Below, in pieces: positions 11,915 to 26,900 of a stretch of DNA of 64,000 bases. The notes beneath the pieces are model-generated. The model was not told the DNA's origin and made no database searches. It saw only the letters and a list, made by a program, of their open reading frames with translations. This stretch comes from Eledone cirrhosa (lineage: Eukaryota). Within the stretch, counting starts at the first letter, position 1. Each line of letters opens with the position of its first letter. The position numbers and the translations under genes were made by a program. Location of the stretch: positions 14,818,001 to 14,882,000 of the forward strand of contig OZ024744.1 in NCBI GenBank assembly GCA_964016885.1, in the 5' to 3' direction.

Positions 11915-14900
11915 AGTCCTTTATTTATGACTGGCTCCTTCTTGTGCTTTGTCTTAATATTTAGTCCTTTATTTATGGCTGGCTCCCTCTTGTGCTTTGT
12001 CTTAATATTTAGTCCTTTATTTATGGCTGGCTCCTTCTTGTGCTTTGTCTTAATATTTAGTCCTCTATTTATGGCTGGCTCCCTCTTGTGCTTTGTCTTA
12101 ATATTTAGTCCTTTATTTATGGCTGGCTCCTTCTTGTGCTTTGTCTTAATATTTAGTCCTTTATATATGGCTGGCTCCCTTTCATGCTTTGTCTTAATAT
12201 TTAGTCCTTTATTTATGGCTGGCTCCTTCTTGTGCTTTGTCTTAATATTTAGTCCTTTATTTATGGCTGGCTCCCTCTTGTGCTGTGTCTTAATATTTAG
12301 TCCTTTATTTATGGCTGGCTCCTTCTTGTGCTTTGTCTTAATATTTAGTCCTTTATTTATGGCTGGCTACCTCTTGTGCTGTGTCTTAATATTTAGTCCT
12401 TTATTTATGGCTGGCTCCTTCTTGTGCTTTGTCTTAATATTTAGTCCTTTATTTATGGCTGGATCCCTCTTGTGCTTTGTCGTGATATTTAGTCCTTTAT
12501 TTATGGCTGACTCCCTCTTGTGCTTTGTCTTAATATTTAGTCCTTTATTTATGGCTGGCTACCTCTTGTGCTTTGTCGTGATATTTAGTCCTTTATTTAT
12601 GGCTGACTCCCTCTTGTGCTTTGTCTTAATATTTAGTCCTTTATTTATGGCTGGCTCCTTCTTGTGCTTTGTCTTAATATTTAGTCCTTTATTTATGGGT
12701 GGCTACCTCTTGGGCTTTGTCTTAATATTTAGTCCTTTATTTATGGCTGGCTCCCTCTTGTGCTTTGTCTTAATATTTAGTCCTTTATTCATGGCTGGCT
12801 ACCTCTTGTGCTTTGTCTTAATATTTAGTCTTTTATTTATGACTGGCAACCTCTCATGCTTTGTTTTAATATTTAGTCCTTTATTTATGGCTGGCTCCTT
12901 CTTGTGCTTTGTCTTAATATTTAGTCCTTTATTTATGACTGGCTACCTCTTGTGCTTTGTCTTAATATTTAGTCCTTTATTTATGACTGGCTACCTCTTG
13001 TGCTTTGTCTTAATATTTAGTCCTTTATTTATGGCTGGCTCCTTCTTGTGCTTTGTCTTAATATTTAGTCCTTTATTTATGACTGGCTCCTTCTTGTGCT
13101 TTGTCTTAAGGAGGTAGCCAGCCATAAATAAAGGAGGTTGCCAGGACTAAATATTAAGACAAAGCACAAGAAGGAGTTGTCTTAATATTTAGTCCTTTAT
13201 TTATGGCTGGCTCCTTGTGTTTTGTCTTAATATTTAGTCCTTTATTTATGGCTGGCTCCCTCTTGTGCTTTGTCTTAATATTTAGTCCTTTATTTATGGC
13301 TGGCTACCTCTTGTGCTTTGTCTTAATATTTAGTTCTTTATTTATGGCTGGCTCCCTGTTGTGCTTTGTCTTAATATTTAGTCCTTTATTTATGCCTGGC
13401 TCCTTCTTGTGCTTTGTCTTAATATTTAGTCCTTTATTTAAGGATGGCTCCCTCTAATGCTTTGTCTTAATATTTAGTCCTTTATTTATGACTGGCTCCC
13501 TCTTGTGCTTTGTCTTAATATTTAGTCCTTTATTTATGGCTGGCTACCTCCTTAATTTATGGCTGGCTGGCTACCTCCTTTATTTATGACTGACTCCCTC
13601 TTGTGCTTTGTCTTAATATTTAGTCCTTTATTTATGGTTGGCTACCTCTTGTGTTTTGTCTTAATATTTAGTCCTTTAATTATGACGGACACCCTCTTGT
13701 GCTTTGTCTTAATACTTAGTCCTTTATTTATGGCTGGTTCCTTCTGGTGCTTTGTCTTAATATATAGTCCTTTACTTATGGCTGGCTCCCTCTTGTGATT
13801 TGTCTTAATATTTAGTCCTTAATTTATGACTGACTCCCTCTTGTGCTTCGTCTTAATATTTAGTCCTTTATTTATGGCTGGCTCCTTCTTGTGCTTTGTC
13901 TTAATATTTAGTCCTTTATTTATGACTGACACCCTCTTGTGCTTTGTCTTAATATTTAGTCCTTTATTTATGGCTGGTTCCTTCTTGTGCTTTGTCTTAA
14001 TATATAGTCCTTTATTTATGGCTGGCTACCTCTTGTGCTTTGTCTTAATATTTAGTCCTTTATTTATGACTGGCTACCTCTCATGCTTTGTTTTAATATT
14101 TAGTCCTTTATTTATGGCTGGCTCCTTCTTGTGCTTTGTCTTAATATTTAGTCCTTTATTTATGGCTGGCTACATCTTGTGCTTTGTCTTAATATTTAGT
14201 CCTTTATTTATGTCTGGGTCCCTGTTGTGCTTTGTCTTAATATTTAGTCCTTTATTCATGGCTGGCTACCTCTTGTGCTTTGTCTTAAGATTTAGTCTTT
14301 TATTAATGACTGGCTACCTCTCATGCTTTGTTTTAATATTTAGTCCTTTATTTATGGCTGGCTCCTTCTTGTGCTTTGTCTTAATATTTAGTCCTCTATT
14401 TATGGCTGGTTCCTTCTTGTGCTTTGTCTTAATATATAGTCCTTTATTTATAGCTGGCTCCCACTTGTGCTTTGTCTTAATATTTAGTCCTTTATTTATG
14501 GCTGGCTCTTTCTTGTGCTTTGTCTTAATATTTAGTCCTTTAATTATGGCTTGCTTCTTCTTGTGCTTTGTCTTAATATTTAGTCCTTTATTTATGGCTG
14601 CCTCCCTCTCATGCTTTGTCTTAATATTTAGTCCTTTATTTATGGCTGGCTCCTTCTTGTGCTTTGACTTAATATTTATTCCTTTATTTATGGCTGGCTC
14701 CTTCTTGTGCTTTGTCTTAATATTTAGTCCTTTATTTATGGCTGCCTGCCTCTCATGCTTTGTCTTAATATTTAGTCCTTTATTTATGGCTGGCTCCTTC
14801 TTGTGCTTTGACTTAATATTTATTCCTTTATTTATGGCTGGCTCCTTCTTGTGCTTTGTCTTAATATTTAGTCCTTTATTTATGGCTGGCTCTCTCTTGT

Positions 14901-17900
14901 GCTTTGTCTTAATATTTAGTCCTTTTTTTATGGCAGGCTCCTTCTTGTGCTTTGTCTTAATATTTAGTCCTTTATTTACGGCTGGCTTCCTCTTGTGCTT
15001 TGTCTTAATATGTAGTCCTTTATTTATGGTTGGCTACCTTTCATGCTTTGTCTTAATATTTAGTCCTTTATTTATGGCTGGCTCCCTCTTGTGCATTGTC
15101 TTAATATTTAGTCCTTTATTTATGGCTGGCTCCTTCTTGTGCTTTGTCTTAATATTTAGTCCTTTATTTATGGCTGGCTCCCTCTTGTGCTTTGTCTTAA
15201 TATTTAGTCCTTTATTTATGGCTGGCTCCCTCTCATACTTTGTCTTAATATTTAGTCCTTTATTTATGGCTGGCTCCCTCTTGTGCTTTGTCTTAATATT
15301 TAGTCCTTTATTTATGGCTGGCTACCTCTTGTCCTTTGTCTTAATATTTAGTCCTTTATTTATGGCTGGCTCCCTCTTGTGCTTTGTCTTAATATTTAGT
15401 CCTTTATTTACGGCTGGCTTCCTCTCATGCTTTGTCTTAATATTTAGTCCTTTATTTATGGCTGGCTACCTCTTGTGCTTTGTCTTAATATTTAGTCCTT
15501 TATTTATGGCTGGCTCGCTCTTGTGCTTTGTCTTAATATTTTGTCCTTTATTTATGGCTGGCTCCCTCTTGTGCTTTGTCTTAATATTTAGTCCTTTATT
15601 TATGGCTGGCTCCTTCTTGTGCTTTGTCTTAATATTTAGTCCTTTATTTATGGCTGGCTCCTTCTTGTGCTTTGTCTTAATATTTAGTCCTTTATTTACG
15701 GCTGACTTCCTCTCATACTTTGTCTTAATATTTAGTCCTTTATTTATGGCTGGCTACCTCTTGTGCTTTGTCTTAATATTTAGTCCTTTATTTATGGTTG
15801 GCTACCTTTCATGCTTTGTCTTAATATGTAGTCCTTTATTTATGGCTGGCTACCTCTTGTGCTTTGTCTTAATATTTAGTCCATTATTTATGGCTGGCTC
15901 CTTCTTGTGCTTTGTCTTAATATTTAGTCCTTTATTTATGGCTGGCTCCCTCTTGTGCTTTGTCTTAATATTTAGACCTTTATTGAGGGTTGGCTTCCTC
16001 TTGTGCTTTGTCTTAATATTTAATCCTTCATTAATGGCTGGCTCCTTCTTGTGCTTTGTCTTAATATTTACTTCTTTATTTCTGGCTGGCTCCCTCTTGT
16101 GCTTTGTCTTAATATTTAGTCCTTTATTTATGGCTGGCTCCTTCTTGTGCTTTGTCTTAATATTTAGTCCTTTATTTATAGCTGGTTACTTCTTGTGCTT
16201 TGTCTTATTATTTAGTTCTTTACTTATGGCTGGCTACCTCTTGTGCTTTGTCTTAATATTTAGTCTTTATTTATGGCTGGCTCCTTCTTGTGCTTTGTCT
16301 TAATATTTAGACCTTTATTGAAGGCTGGCTTCCTCTTGTGCTTTGTCTTAATATTTAGTACTTTATATATGGCTGGCTCCCTCTTGTGCTTTGTCTTAAT
16401 ATTTAGTACTTTATATATGGCTGGCTCCCTCTTGTGCTTTGTCTTAATATTTAGTCCTTTATTTATGGCTGGCTCCCTCTCATACTTTGTCTTAATATTT
16501 AGTCCTTTATTTATGGCTGGCTCCCTCTTGTGCTTTGTCTTAATATTTAGTCCTTTATTTATGGCTGGCTACCTCTTGTGCTTTGTCTTAATATTTAGTC
16601 CTTTATTTATGGCTGGCTCCCTCTTGTGCTGTGTCTTAATATTTAGTCCTTTATTTATGGCTGGCTCCTTGTTGTGCTTTGTCTTAATATTTAGTCCTTT
16701 ATTTATGGCTGGCTACCTCTTGTGCTGTGTCTTAATATTTAGTCCTTTATTTATGGCTGGCTCCTTCTTGTGCTTTGTCTTAATATTTAGTCCTTTATTT
16801 ATGGCTGGATCCCTCTTGTGCTTTGTCGTGATATTTAGTCCTTTATTTATGGCTGACTCCCTCTTGTGCTTTGTCTTAATATTTAGTCCTTTATTTATGG
16901 CTGGCTACCTCTTGTGCTTTGTCGTGATATTTAGTCCTTTATTTATGGCTGACTCCCTCTTGTGCTTTGTCTTAATATTTAGTCCTTTATTTATGGCTGA
17001 CTCCCTCTCATGCTTTGTTTTAATATTTAGTCCTTTATTTATGGCTGGCTCCTTCTTGTGCTTTGTCTTAATATTTAGTCCTTTATTTATGACTGGCTAC
17101 CTCTTGTGCTTTGTCTTAATATTTAGTCCTTTATTTATGACTGGCTACCTCTTGTGCTTTGTCTTAATATTTAGTCCTTTATTTATGGCTGGCTCCTTCT
17201 TGTGCTTTGTCTTAATATTTAGTCCTTTATTCATGACTGGCTCCTTCTTGTGCTTTGTCTTAAGGAGGTAGCCAGCCATAAATAAAGGAGGTTGCCAGGA
17301 CTAAATATTAAGACAAAGCACAAGAAGGAGTTGTCTTAATATTTAGTCCTTTATTCATGGCTGGCTCCTTCTTGTGTTTTGTCTTAATATTTTGTCCTTT
17401 ATTTATGGCTGGCTACCTCTTGTGCTTTGTCTTAATATTTAGTCCTTTATTTATGACTGACTCCTTCTTGTGCTTTGTCTTAATATTTAGTCCTTTATTT
17501 ATGGCTGGCTCCTTCTTGTGCTTTGTCTTAATATATAGTCCTTTATTTAAGGATGGCTCCCTCTAATGCTTTGTCTTAATATTTAGTCCTTTATTTATGA
17601 CTGGCTCCCTCTTGTGCTTTGTCTTAATATTTAGTCCTTTATTTATGGCTGGCTACCTCCTTAATTTATGGCTGGCTGGCTACCTCCTTTATTTATGACT
17701 GACTACCTCTTGTGCTTTGTCTTAATATTTAGTCCTTTATTTATGGTTGGCTACCTCTTGTGTTTTGTCTTAATATTTAGTCCTTTAATTATGACGGACA
17801 CCCTCTTGTGCTTTGTCTTAATACTTAGTCCTTTATTTATGGCTGGTTCCTTCTTGTGCTTTGTCTTAATATATAGTCCTTTACTTATGGCTGGCTCCCT

Positions 17901-20900
17901 CTTCTGATTTGTCTTAATATTTAGTCCTTAATTTATGACTGACTCCCTCTTGTGCTTCGTCTTAATATTTAGTCCTTTATTTATGGCTGGCTCCTTCTTG
18001 TGCTTTGTCTTAATATTTAGTCCTTTATTTATGACTGACACCCTCTTGTGCTTTGTCTTAATATTTAGTCCTTTATTTATGGCTGGTTCCTTCTTGTGCT
18101 TTGTCTTAATATATAGTCCTTTATTTATGGCTGGCTACCTCTTGTGCTTTGTCTTAATATTTAGTCCTTTATTTATGACTGGCTACCTCTCATGCTTTGT
18201 TTTAATATTTAGTCCTTTATTTATGGCTGGCTCCTTCTTGTGCTTTGTCTTAATATTTAGTCCTTTATTTATGGCTGGCTACATCTTGTGCTTTGTCTTA
18301 ATATTTAGTCCTTTATTTATGTCTGGGTCCCTGTTGTGCTTTGTCTTAATATTTAGTCCTTTATTCATGGCTGGCTACCTGTTGTGCTTTGTCTTAAGAT
18401 TTAGTCTTTTATTTATGACTGGCTACCTCTCATGCTTTGTTTTAATATTTAGTCCTTTATTTATGGCTGGCTCCTTCTTGTGCTTTGTCTTAATATTTAG
18501 TCCTCTATTTATGGCTGGTTCCTTCTTGTGCTTTGTCTTAATATATAGTCCTTTATTTATAGCTGGCTCCCACTTGTGCTTTGTCTTAATATTTAGTCCT
18601 TTATTTATGGCTGGCTCTTTCTTGTGCTTTGTCTTAATATTTAGTCCTTTAATTATGGCTTGCTTCTTCTTGTGCTTTGTCTTAATATTTAGTCCTTTAT
18701 TTATGGCTGCCTCCTTCTCATGCTTTGTCTTAATATTTAGTCCTTTATTTATGGCTGGCTCCTTCTTGTGCTTTGAATTAATATTTATTCCTTTATTTAT
18801 GGCTGGCTCCTTCTTGTGCTTTGTCTTAATATTTAGTCCTTTATTTATGGCTGCCTGCCTCTCATGCTTTGTCTTAATATTTAGTCCTTTATTTATGGCT
18901 GGCTCCTTCTTGTGCTTTGACTTAATATTTATTCCTTTATTTATGGCTGGCTCCTTCTTGTGCTTTGTCTTAATATTTAGTCCTTTATTTATGGCTGGCT
19001 CTCTCTTGTGCTTTGTCTTAATATTTAGTCCTTTTTTTATGGCAGGCTCCTTCTTGTGCTTTGTCTTAATATTTAGTCCTTTATTTACGGCTGGCTTCCT
19101 CTTGTGCTTTGTCTTAATATGTAGTCCTTTATTTATGGTTGGCTACCTTTCATGCTTTGTCTTAATATTTAGTCCTTTATTTATGGCTGGCTCCCTCTTG
19201 TGCATTGTCTTAATATTTAGTCCTTTATTTATGGCTGGCTCCTTCTTGTGCTTTGTCTTAATATTTAGTCCTTTATTTATGGCTGGCTCCCTCTTGTGCT
19301 TTGTCTTAATATTTAGTCCTTTATTTATGGCTGGCTCCCTCTCATACTTTGTCTTAATATTTAGTCCTTTATTTATGGCTGGCTCCCTCTTGTGCTTTGT
19401 CTTAATATTTAGTCCTTTATTTATGGCTGGCTACCTCTTGTCCTTTGTCTTAATATTTAGTCCTTTATTTATGGCTGGCTCCCTCTTGTGCTTTGTCTTA
19501 ATATTTAGTCCTTTATTTACGGCTGGCTTCCTCTCATGCTTTGTCTTAATATTTAGTCCTTTATTTATGGCTGGCTACCTCTTGTGCTTTGTCTTAATAT
19601 TTAGTCCTTTATTTATGGCTGGCTCGCTCTTGTGCTTTGTCTTAATATTTTGTCCTTTATTTATGGCTGGCTCCCTCTCATACTTTGTCTTAATATTTAG
19701 TCCTTTATTTATGGCTGGCTCCCTCTTGTGCTTTGTCTTAATATTTAGTCCTTTATTTATGGCTGGCTTCCTCTTGTCCTTTGTCTTAATATTTAGTCCT
19801 TTATTTATGGCTGGCTCCCTCTCATACTTTGTCTTAATATTTAGTCCTTTATTTATGGCTGGCTCCCTCTTGTGCTTTGTCTTAATATTTAGTCCTTTAT
19901 TTATGGCTGGCTACCTCTTGTCCTTTGTCTTAATATTTAGTCCTTTATTTATGGCTGGCTCCCTCTTGTGCTTTGTCTTAATATTTAGTCCTTTATTTAC
20001 GGCTGGCTTCCTCTCATGCTTTGTCTTAATATTTAGTCCTTTATTTATGGCTGGCTACCTCTTGTGCTTTGTCTTAATATTTAGTCCTTTATTTATGGCT
20101 GGCTCGCTCTTGTGCTTTGTCTTAATATTTTGTCCTTTATTTATGGCTGGCTCCCTATTGTGCTTTGTCTTAATATTTAGTCCTTTATTTATGGCTGGCT
20201 CCCTCTTGTGCTTCGTCTTAATATTTAGTCCTCTTTTATGGCTGGCTCCTTCTTGTGCTTTGTCTTAATATTTACTTCTTTATTTATGGCTGGCTCCCTC
20301 TTGTGCTTTGTCTTAATATTTAGTCCTTTATTTATGGCTGGCTCCTTCTTGTGCTTTGTCTTAATATTTAGTCCTTTATTTACGGCTGACTTCCTCTTGT
20401 GCTTTGTCTTAATATTTAGTCCTTTATTTATGGTTGGCTACCTTTCATGCTTTGTCTTAATATGTAGTCCTTTATTTATGGCTGGCTACCTCTTGTGCTT
20501 TGTCTTAATATTTAGTCCATTATTTATGGCTGGCTCCTTCTTGTGCTTTGTCTTAATATTTACTCCTTTATTTATGGCTGGCTCCCTCTTGTGCTTTGTC
20601 TTAATATTTAGACCTTTATTGAGGGTTGGCTTCCTCTTGTGCTTTGTCTTAATATTTAATCCTTTATTAATGGCTGGCTCCTTCTTGTGCTTTGTCTTAA
20701 TATTTACTTCTTTATTTCTGGCTGGCTCCCTCTTGTGCTTTGTCTTAATATTTAGTCCTTTATTTATGGCTGGCTCCTTCTTGTGCTTTGTCTTAATATT
20801 TAGTCCTTTATTTATAGCTGGTTACTTCTTGTGCTTTGTCTTATTATTTAGTTCTTTATTTATGGCTGGCTCCTTCTTGTGCCTTGTCTTAATATTTAGT

Positions 20901-23900
20901 CCTTTATTTATGGCTGGCTACCTCTTGTGCTTTGTCTTAATATTTAGTCTTTATTTATGGCTGGCTCCTTCTTGTGCTTTGTCTTAATATTTAGACCTTT
21001 ATTGAAGGCTGGCTTCCTCTTGTGCTTTGTCTTAATATTTAGTACTTTATATATGGCTGGCTCCCTCTTGTGCTTTGTCTTAATATTTAGTACTTTATAT
21101 ATGGCTGGCTCCCTCTTGTGCTTTGTCTTAATATTTAGTCCTTTATTTATGGCTGGCTCCCTCTCATACTTTGTCTTAATATTTAGTCCTTTATTTATGG
21201 CTGGCTCCCTCTTGTGCTTTGTCTTAATATTTAGTCCTTTATTTATGGCTGGCTACCTCTTGTGCTTTGTCTTAATATTTAGTCCTTTATTTATGGCTGG
21301 CTCCCTCTTGTGCTGTGTCTTAATATTTAGTCCTTTATTTATGGCTGGCTCCTTCTTGTGCTTTGTCTTAATATTTAGTCCTTTATTTATGGCTGGCTAC
21401 CTCTTGTGCTGTGTCTTAATATTTAGTCCTTTATTTATGGCTGGCTCCTTCTTGTGCTTTGTCTTAATATTTAGTCCTTTATTTATGGCTGGATCCCTCT
21501 TGTGCTTTGTCGTGATATTTAGTCCTTTACTTATGGCTGACTCCCTCTTGTGCTTTGTCTTAATATTTAGTCCTTTATTTATGGCTGGCTACCTCTTGTG
21601 CTTTGTCTTAATATTTAGTCCTTTATTTATGGCTGGCTCCTTCTTGTGCTTTGTCTTAATATTTAGTCCTTTATTTATGGGTGGCTACCTCTTGGGCTTT
21701 GTCTTAATATTTAGTCCTTTATTTATGGCTGGCTCCTTCTTGTGCTTTGTCTTAATATTTAGTCCTTTATTTATGGGTGGCTACCTCTTGGGCTTTGTCT
21801 TAATATTTAGTCCTTTATTTATGGCTGGCTCCCTCTTGTGCTTTGTCTTAATATTTAGTCCTTTATTTATGGCTGGCTCCTTCTTGTGCTTTGTCTTAAT
21901 ATTTAGTCCTTTATTTATGGGTGGCTACCTCTCATGCTTTGTTTTAATATTTAGTCCTTTATTTATGGCTGGCTCCCTCTTGTGCTTTGTCTTAATATTT
22001 AGTCCTTTATTTATGACTGGCTACCTCTTGTGCTTTGTCTTAATATTTAGTCCTTTATTTATGGCTGGCTCCTTCTTGTGCTTTGTCTTAATATTTAGTC
22101 CTTTATTTATGACTGGCTACCTCTTGTGCTTTGTCTTAATATTTAGTCCTTTATTTATGACTGGCTACCTTTTGTGCTTTGTCTTAATATTTAGTCCTTT
22201 ATTTATGGCTGGCTCCTTCTTGTGCTTTGTCTTAATATTTAGTCCTTTATTTATGACTGGCTCCTTCTTGTGCTTTGTCTTAATATTTAGACCTTTATTG
22301 ACGGCTCGCTTCCTCCTGTGCTTTGTCTAAATATTTAGTCCTTTATTAATGGCTGGCTCCTTCTTGTGCTTTGTCTTAATATTTAGACCTTTATTGTCGG
22401 CTGGCTTCCTCTTGTGCTTTGTCTTAATATTTAGTACTTTATATATGGCTGGCTCCCTTTCATGCTTTGTCTTAATATTTAGTCCTTTATCTATAGCTGG
22501 CTCCCTCTTGTGCTTTGTCTTAATATTTAGTCCTTTATTTATGGCTGGCTCCCTCTTGTGCTTTGTCTTAATATTTAGTCCTTTATTTATGGCTGGCTCC
22601 CTCTCATACTTTGTCTTAATATTTAGTCCTTTATTTATGGCTGGCTCCCTCTTGTGCTTCGTCTTAATATTTAGTCCTTTATTTATGGCTGGCTCCTTCT
22701 TGTGCTTTGTCTTAATATTTAGTCCTTTATTTACGGCTGGCTTCCTCTCATGCTTTGTCTTAATAGTTAGTCCTTTATTTATGGCTGGCTACCTCTTGTG
22801 CTTTGTCTTAATATTTAGTCCTTTATTTATGGCTGGCTCCCTCTTGTGCTTTGTCTTAATATTTAGTCCTTTATTTATGGCTGGCTCTCTCTCGTGCTTT
22901 GTCTTAATATTTAGTCCTCTTTTATGGCTGGCTCCTTCTTGTGCTTTGTCTTAATATTTAGTCCTTTATTTACGGCTGGCATCCTCTTGTGCTTTGTCTT
23001 AATATTTAGTCCTTTATTTATGGCTGGCTCCTTCTTGTGCTTTGTCTTAATATTTAGTCCTTTATTTATAGCTGGCATTTTCTTGTGCTTTGTCTTAATA
23101 TTTAGTCCTTTATTTATGGCTGGCTCCTTCTTGTGCTTTGCCTTAATATTTAGTCCTTTATTTACGGCTGGCTTCCTCTTGTGCTTCGTCTTAATATTTA
23201 GTCCTTTATTTATGGTTGGCTACCTATCATGCTTTGTCTTAATATTTAGTCCTTTATTTATGGCTGGCTCCTTCTTGTGCTTTGTCTTAATATTTAGTCC
23301 TTTATTTATGGCTGGCTCCTTCTTGTGCTTTGTCTTAATATTTAGTCCTTTATTTACGGCTGACTTCCTCTTGTGCTTCGTCTTAAGATTTAGTCCTTTA
23401 TTTATGGTTGGCTACCTATCATGCTTTGTCTTAATATTTAGTCCTTTATTTATGGCTGGCTCCTTCTTGTGCTTTGTCTTAATATTTAGACCTTTATTGA
23501 CGGCTGGCTTCCTCTTGTGGTTTGTCTTAATATTTAGTCCTTTATTTATGGCTGGCTCTTTCTTGTGCTTTGTCTTAATATTTAGTCCTTTAATTATGGC
23601 TTGCTTCTTCTTGTGCTTTGTCTTAATATTTAGTCCTTTATTTATGGCTGGCTCCTTTTGTGCTATGTCTTAATATTTAGTCCTTTATTTATGGCTGGCT
23701 CCCTCTTGTGCTTTGTCTTAATATTTAGTCCTTTATTTATGGCTGGCTCCTTCTTGTGCTTTGTCTTAATATTTAGTCCTTTATTTATGGCTGGCTCCTT
23801 CTTGTGCTTTGTCTTAATATTTAGTCCTTTATTTATGGCTGGCTCTTTCTTGTGCTTTGTCTTAATATTTAGTCCTTTAATTATGGCTTACTTCTTCTTG

Positions 23901-26900
23901 TGCTTTGTCTTAATATTTAGTCCTTTATTTATGGCTGCCTCCCTCTCATGCTTTGTCTTAATATTTAGTCCTTTATTTATGGCTGGCTCCTTCTTGTGCT
24001 TTGACTTAATATTTATTCCTTTATTTATGGCTGGCTCCTTCTTGTGTTTGTCTTAATATTTAGTCCTTTATTTATGGCTGGCTCTCTCTTGTGCTTTGTC
24101 TTAATATTTAGTCCTTTTTTTATGGCTGGCTCCTTCTTGTGCTTTGTCTTAATATTTAGTCCTTTATTTACGGCTGGCTTCCTCTTGTGCTTTGTCTTAA
24201 TATGTAGTCCTTTATTTATGGTTGGCTACCTTTCATGCTTTGTCTTAATATTTAGTCCTTTATTTATGGCTGGCTCCCTCTTGTGCATTGTCTTAATATT
24301 TAGTCCTTTATTGACGGCTGGCTTCCTCTTGTGCTTTGTCTTAATATTTAGTACTTTATATATGGCTGGCTCCCTTTCATGCTTTGTCTTAATATTTAGT
24401 CCTTTATTTATGGCTGGCTCCCTCTTGTGCATTGTCTTAATATTTAGTCCTTTATTTATGGCTGGCTCCTTCTTGTGCTTTGTCTTAATATTTAGTCCTT
24501 CAATTACGGCTGGCTTCCTCTTGTGCTTTGTCATAATATTTAGTCCTTTATTTATGGCTGGCTCCTTCTTGTGCTTTGTCTTAATATTTAGTCCTTTATT
24601 TATAGCTGGCATTTTCTTGTGTTTTGTCTTAATATTTAGTCCTTTATTTATGGCTGGCTCCTTCTTGTGCTTTGTCTTAATAATTAGTCCTTTATTTATG
24701 GCTGGCTCCTACTGGTGCTTTGTCTTAATATTTAGTCCTTTATTTACGGCTGGCTTCCTCTTGTGCTTCATCTTAATATTTAGTCCTTTATTTATGGCTG
24801 GCTCCCTCTTGTGCTTCGTCTTAATATTTAGTCCTTTATTTATGGCTGGCTCCTTTTGTGCTTTGTCTTAATATTTAGTCCTTTATTTATGGCTGGCTCC
24901 CTCTTGTGCTTTGTCTTAATATTTAGTCCTTTATTTATGGCTGCCTCTCTCTCATGCTTTGTCTTAATATTTAGTCCTTTATTTATGGCTGGCTCGTTCT
25001 TGTGCTTTGTCTTAATATTTAGTCCTTTATTTATGGCTGGCTCTTTCTTGTGCTTTGTCTTAATATTTAAGTCCTTTAATTATGGCTTGCTTCTTCTTGT
25101 GCTTTGTCTTAATATTTAGTCCTTTATTTATGGCTGCCTCTCTCTCATGCTTTGTCTTAATATTTAGTCCTTTATTTATGGCTGGCTCCTTCTTGTGCTT
25201 TGACTTAATATTTATTCCTTTATTTATGGCTGGCTCCTTCTTGTGCTTTGTCTTAATATTTAGTCCTTTATTTATGGCTGGCTCCCTCTCATACTTTGTC
25301 TTAATATTTAGTCCTTTATTTATGGCTGGCTCCCTCTTGTGCTTCGTCTTAATATTTAGTCCTTTATTTATGGCTGGCTCCTTCTTGTGCTTTGTCTTAA
25401 TATTTAGTCCTTTATTTACGGCTGGCTTCCTCTCATGCTTTGTCTTAATAGTTAGTCCTTTATTTATGGCTGGCTACCTCTTGTGCTTTGTCTTAATATT
25501 TAGTCCTTTATTTATGGCTGGCTCCCTCTTGTGCTTTGTCTTAATATTTAGTCCTTTATTTATGGCTGGCTCTCTCTCGTGCTTTGTCTTAATATTTAGT
25601 CCTCTTTTATGGCTGGCTCCTTCTTGTGCTTTGTCTTAATATTTAGTCCTTTATTTACGGCTGGCATCCTCTTGTGCTTTGTCTTAATATTTAGTCCTTT
25701 ATTTATGGCTGGCTCCTTCTTGTGCTTTGTCTTAATATTTAGTCCTTTATTTATAGCTGGCATTTTCTTGTGCTTTGTCTTAATATTTAGTCCTTTATTT
25801 ATGGCTGGCTCCTTCTTGTGCTTTGCCTTAATATTTAGTCCTTTATTTACGGCTGGCTTCCTCTTGTGCTTCGTCTTAATATTTAGTCCTTTATTTATGG
25901 TTGGCTACCTATCATGCTTTGTCTTAATATTTAGTCCTTTATTTATGGCTGGCTCCTTCTTGTGCTTTGTCTTAATATTTAGTCCTTTATTTATGGCTGG
26001 CTCCTTCTTGTGCTTTGTCTTAATATTTAGTCCTTTATTTACGGCTGACTTCCTCTTGTGCTTCGTCTTAAGATTTAGTCCTTTATTTATGGTTGGCTAC
26101 CTATCATGCTTTGTCTTAATATTTAGTCCTTTATTTATGGCTGGCTCCTTCTTGTGCTTTGTCTTAATATTTAGACCTTTATTGACGGCTGGCTTCCTCT
26201 TGTGGTTTGTCTTAATATTTAGTCCTTTATTTATGGCTGGCTCTTTCTTGTGCTTTGTCTTAATATTTAGTCCTTTAATTATGGCTTGCTTCTTCTTGTG
26301 CTTTGTCTTAATATTTAGTCCTTTATTTATGGCTGGCTCCTTTTGTGCTTTGTCTTAATATTTAGTCCTTTATTTATGGCTGGCTCCCTCTTGTGCTTTG
26401 TCTTAATATTTAGTCCTTTATTTATGGCTGGCTCCTTCTTGTGCTTTGTCTTAATATTTAGTCCTTTATTTATGGCTGGCTCCTTCTTGTGCTTTGTCTT
26501 AATATTTAGTCCTTTAATTATGGCTTACTTCTTCTTGTGCTTTGTCTTAATATTTAGTCCTTTATTTATGGCTGCCTCCCTCTCATGCTTTGTCTTAATA
26601 TTTAGTCCTTTATTTATGGCTGGCTCCTTCTTGTGCTTTGACTTAATATTTATTCCTTTATTTATGGCTGGCTCCTTCTTGTGTTTGTCTTAATATTTAG
26701 TCCTTTATTTATGGCTGGCTCTCTCTTGTGCTTTGTCTTAATATTTAGTCCTTTTTTTATGGCTGGCTCCTTCTTGTGCTTTGTCTTAATATTTAGTCCT
26801 TTATTTACGGCTGGCTTCCTCTTGTGCTTTGTCTTAATATGTAGTCCTTTATTTATGGTTGGCTACCTTTCATGCTTTGTCTTAATATTTAGTCCTTTAT

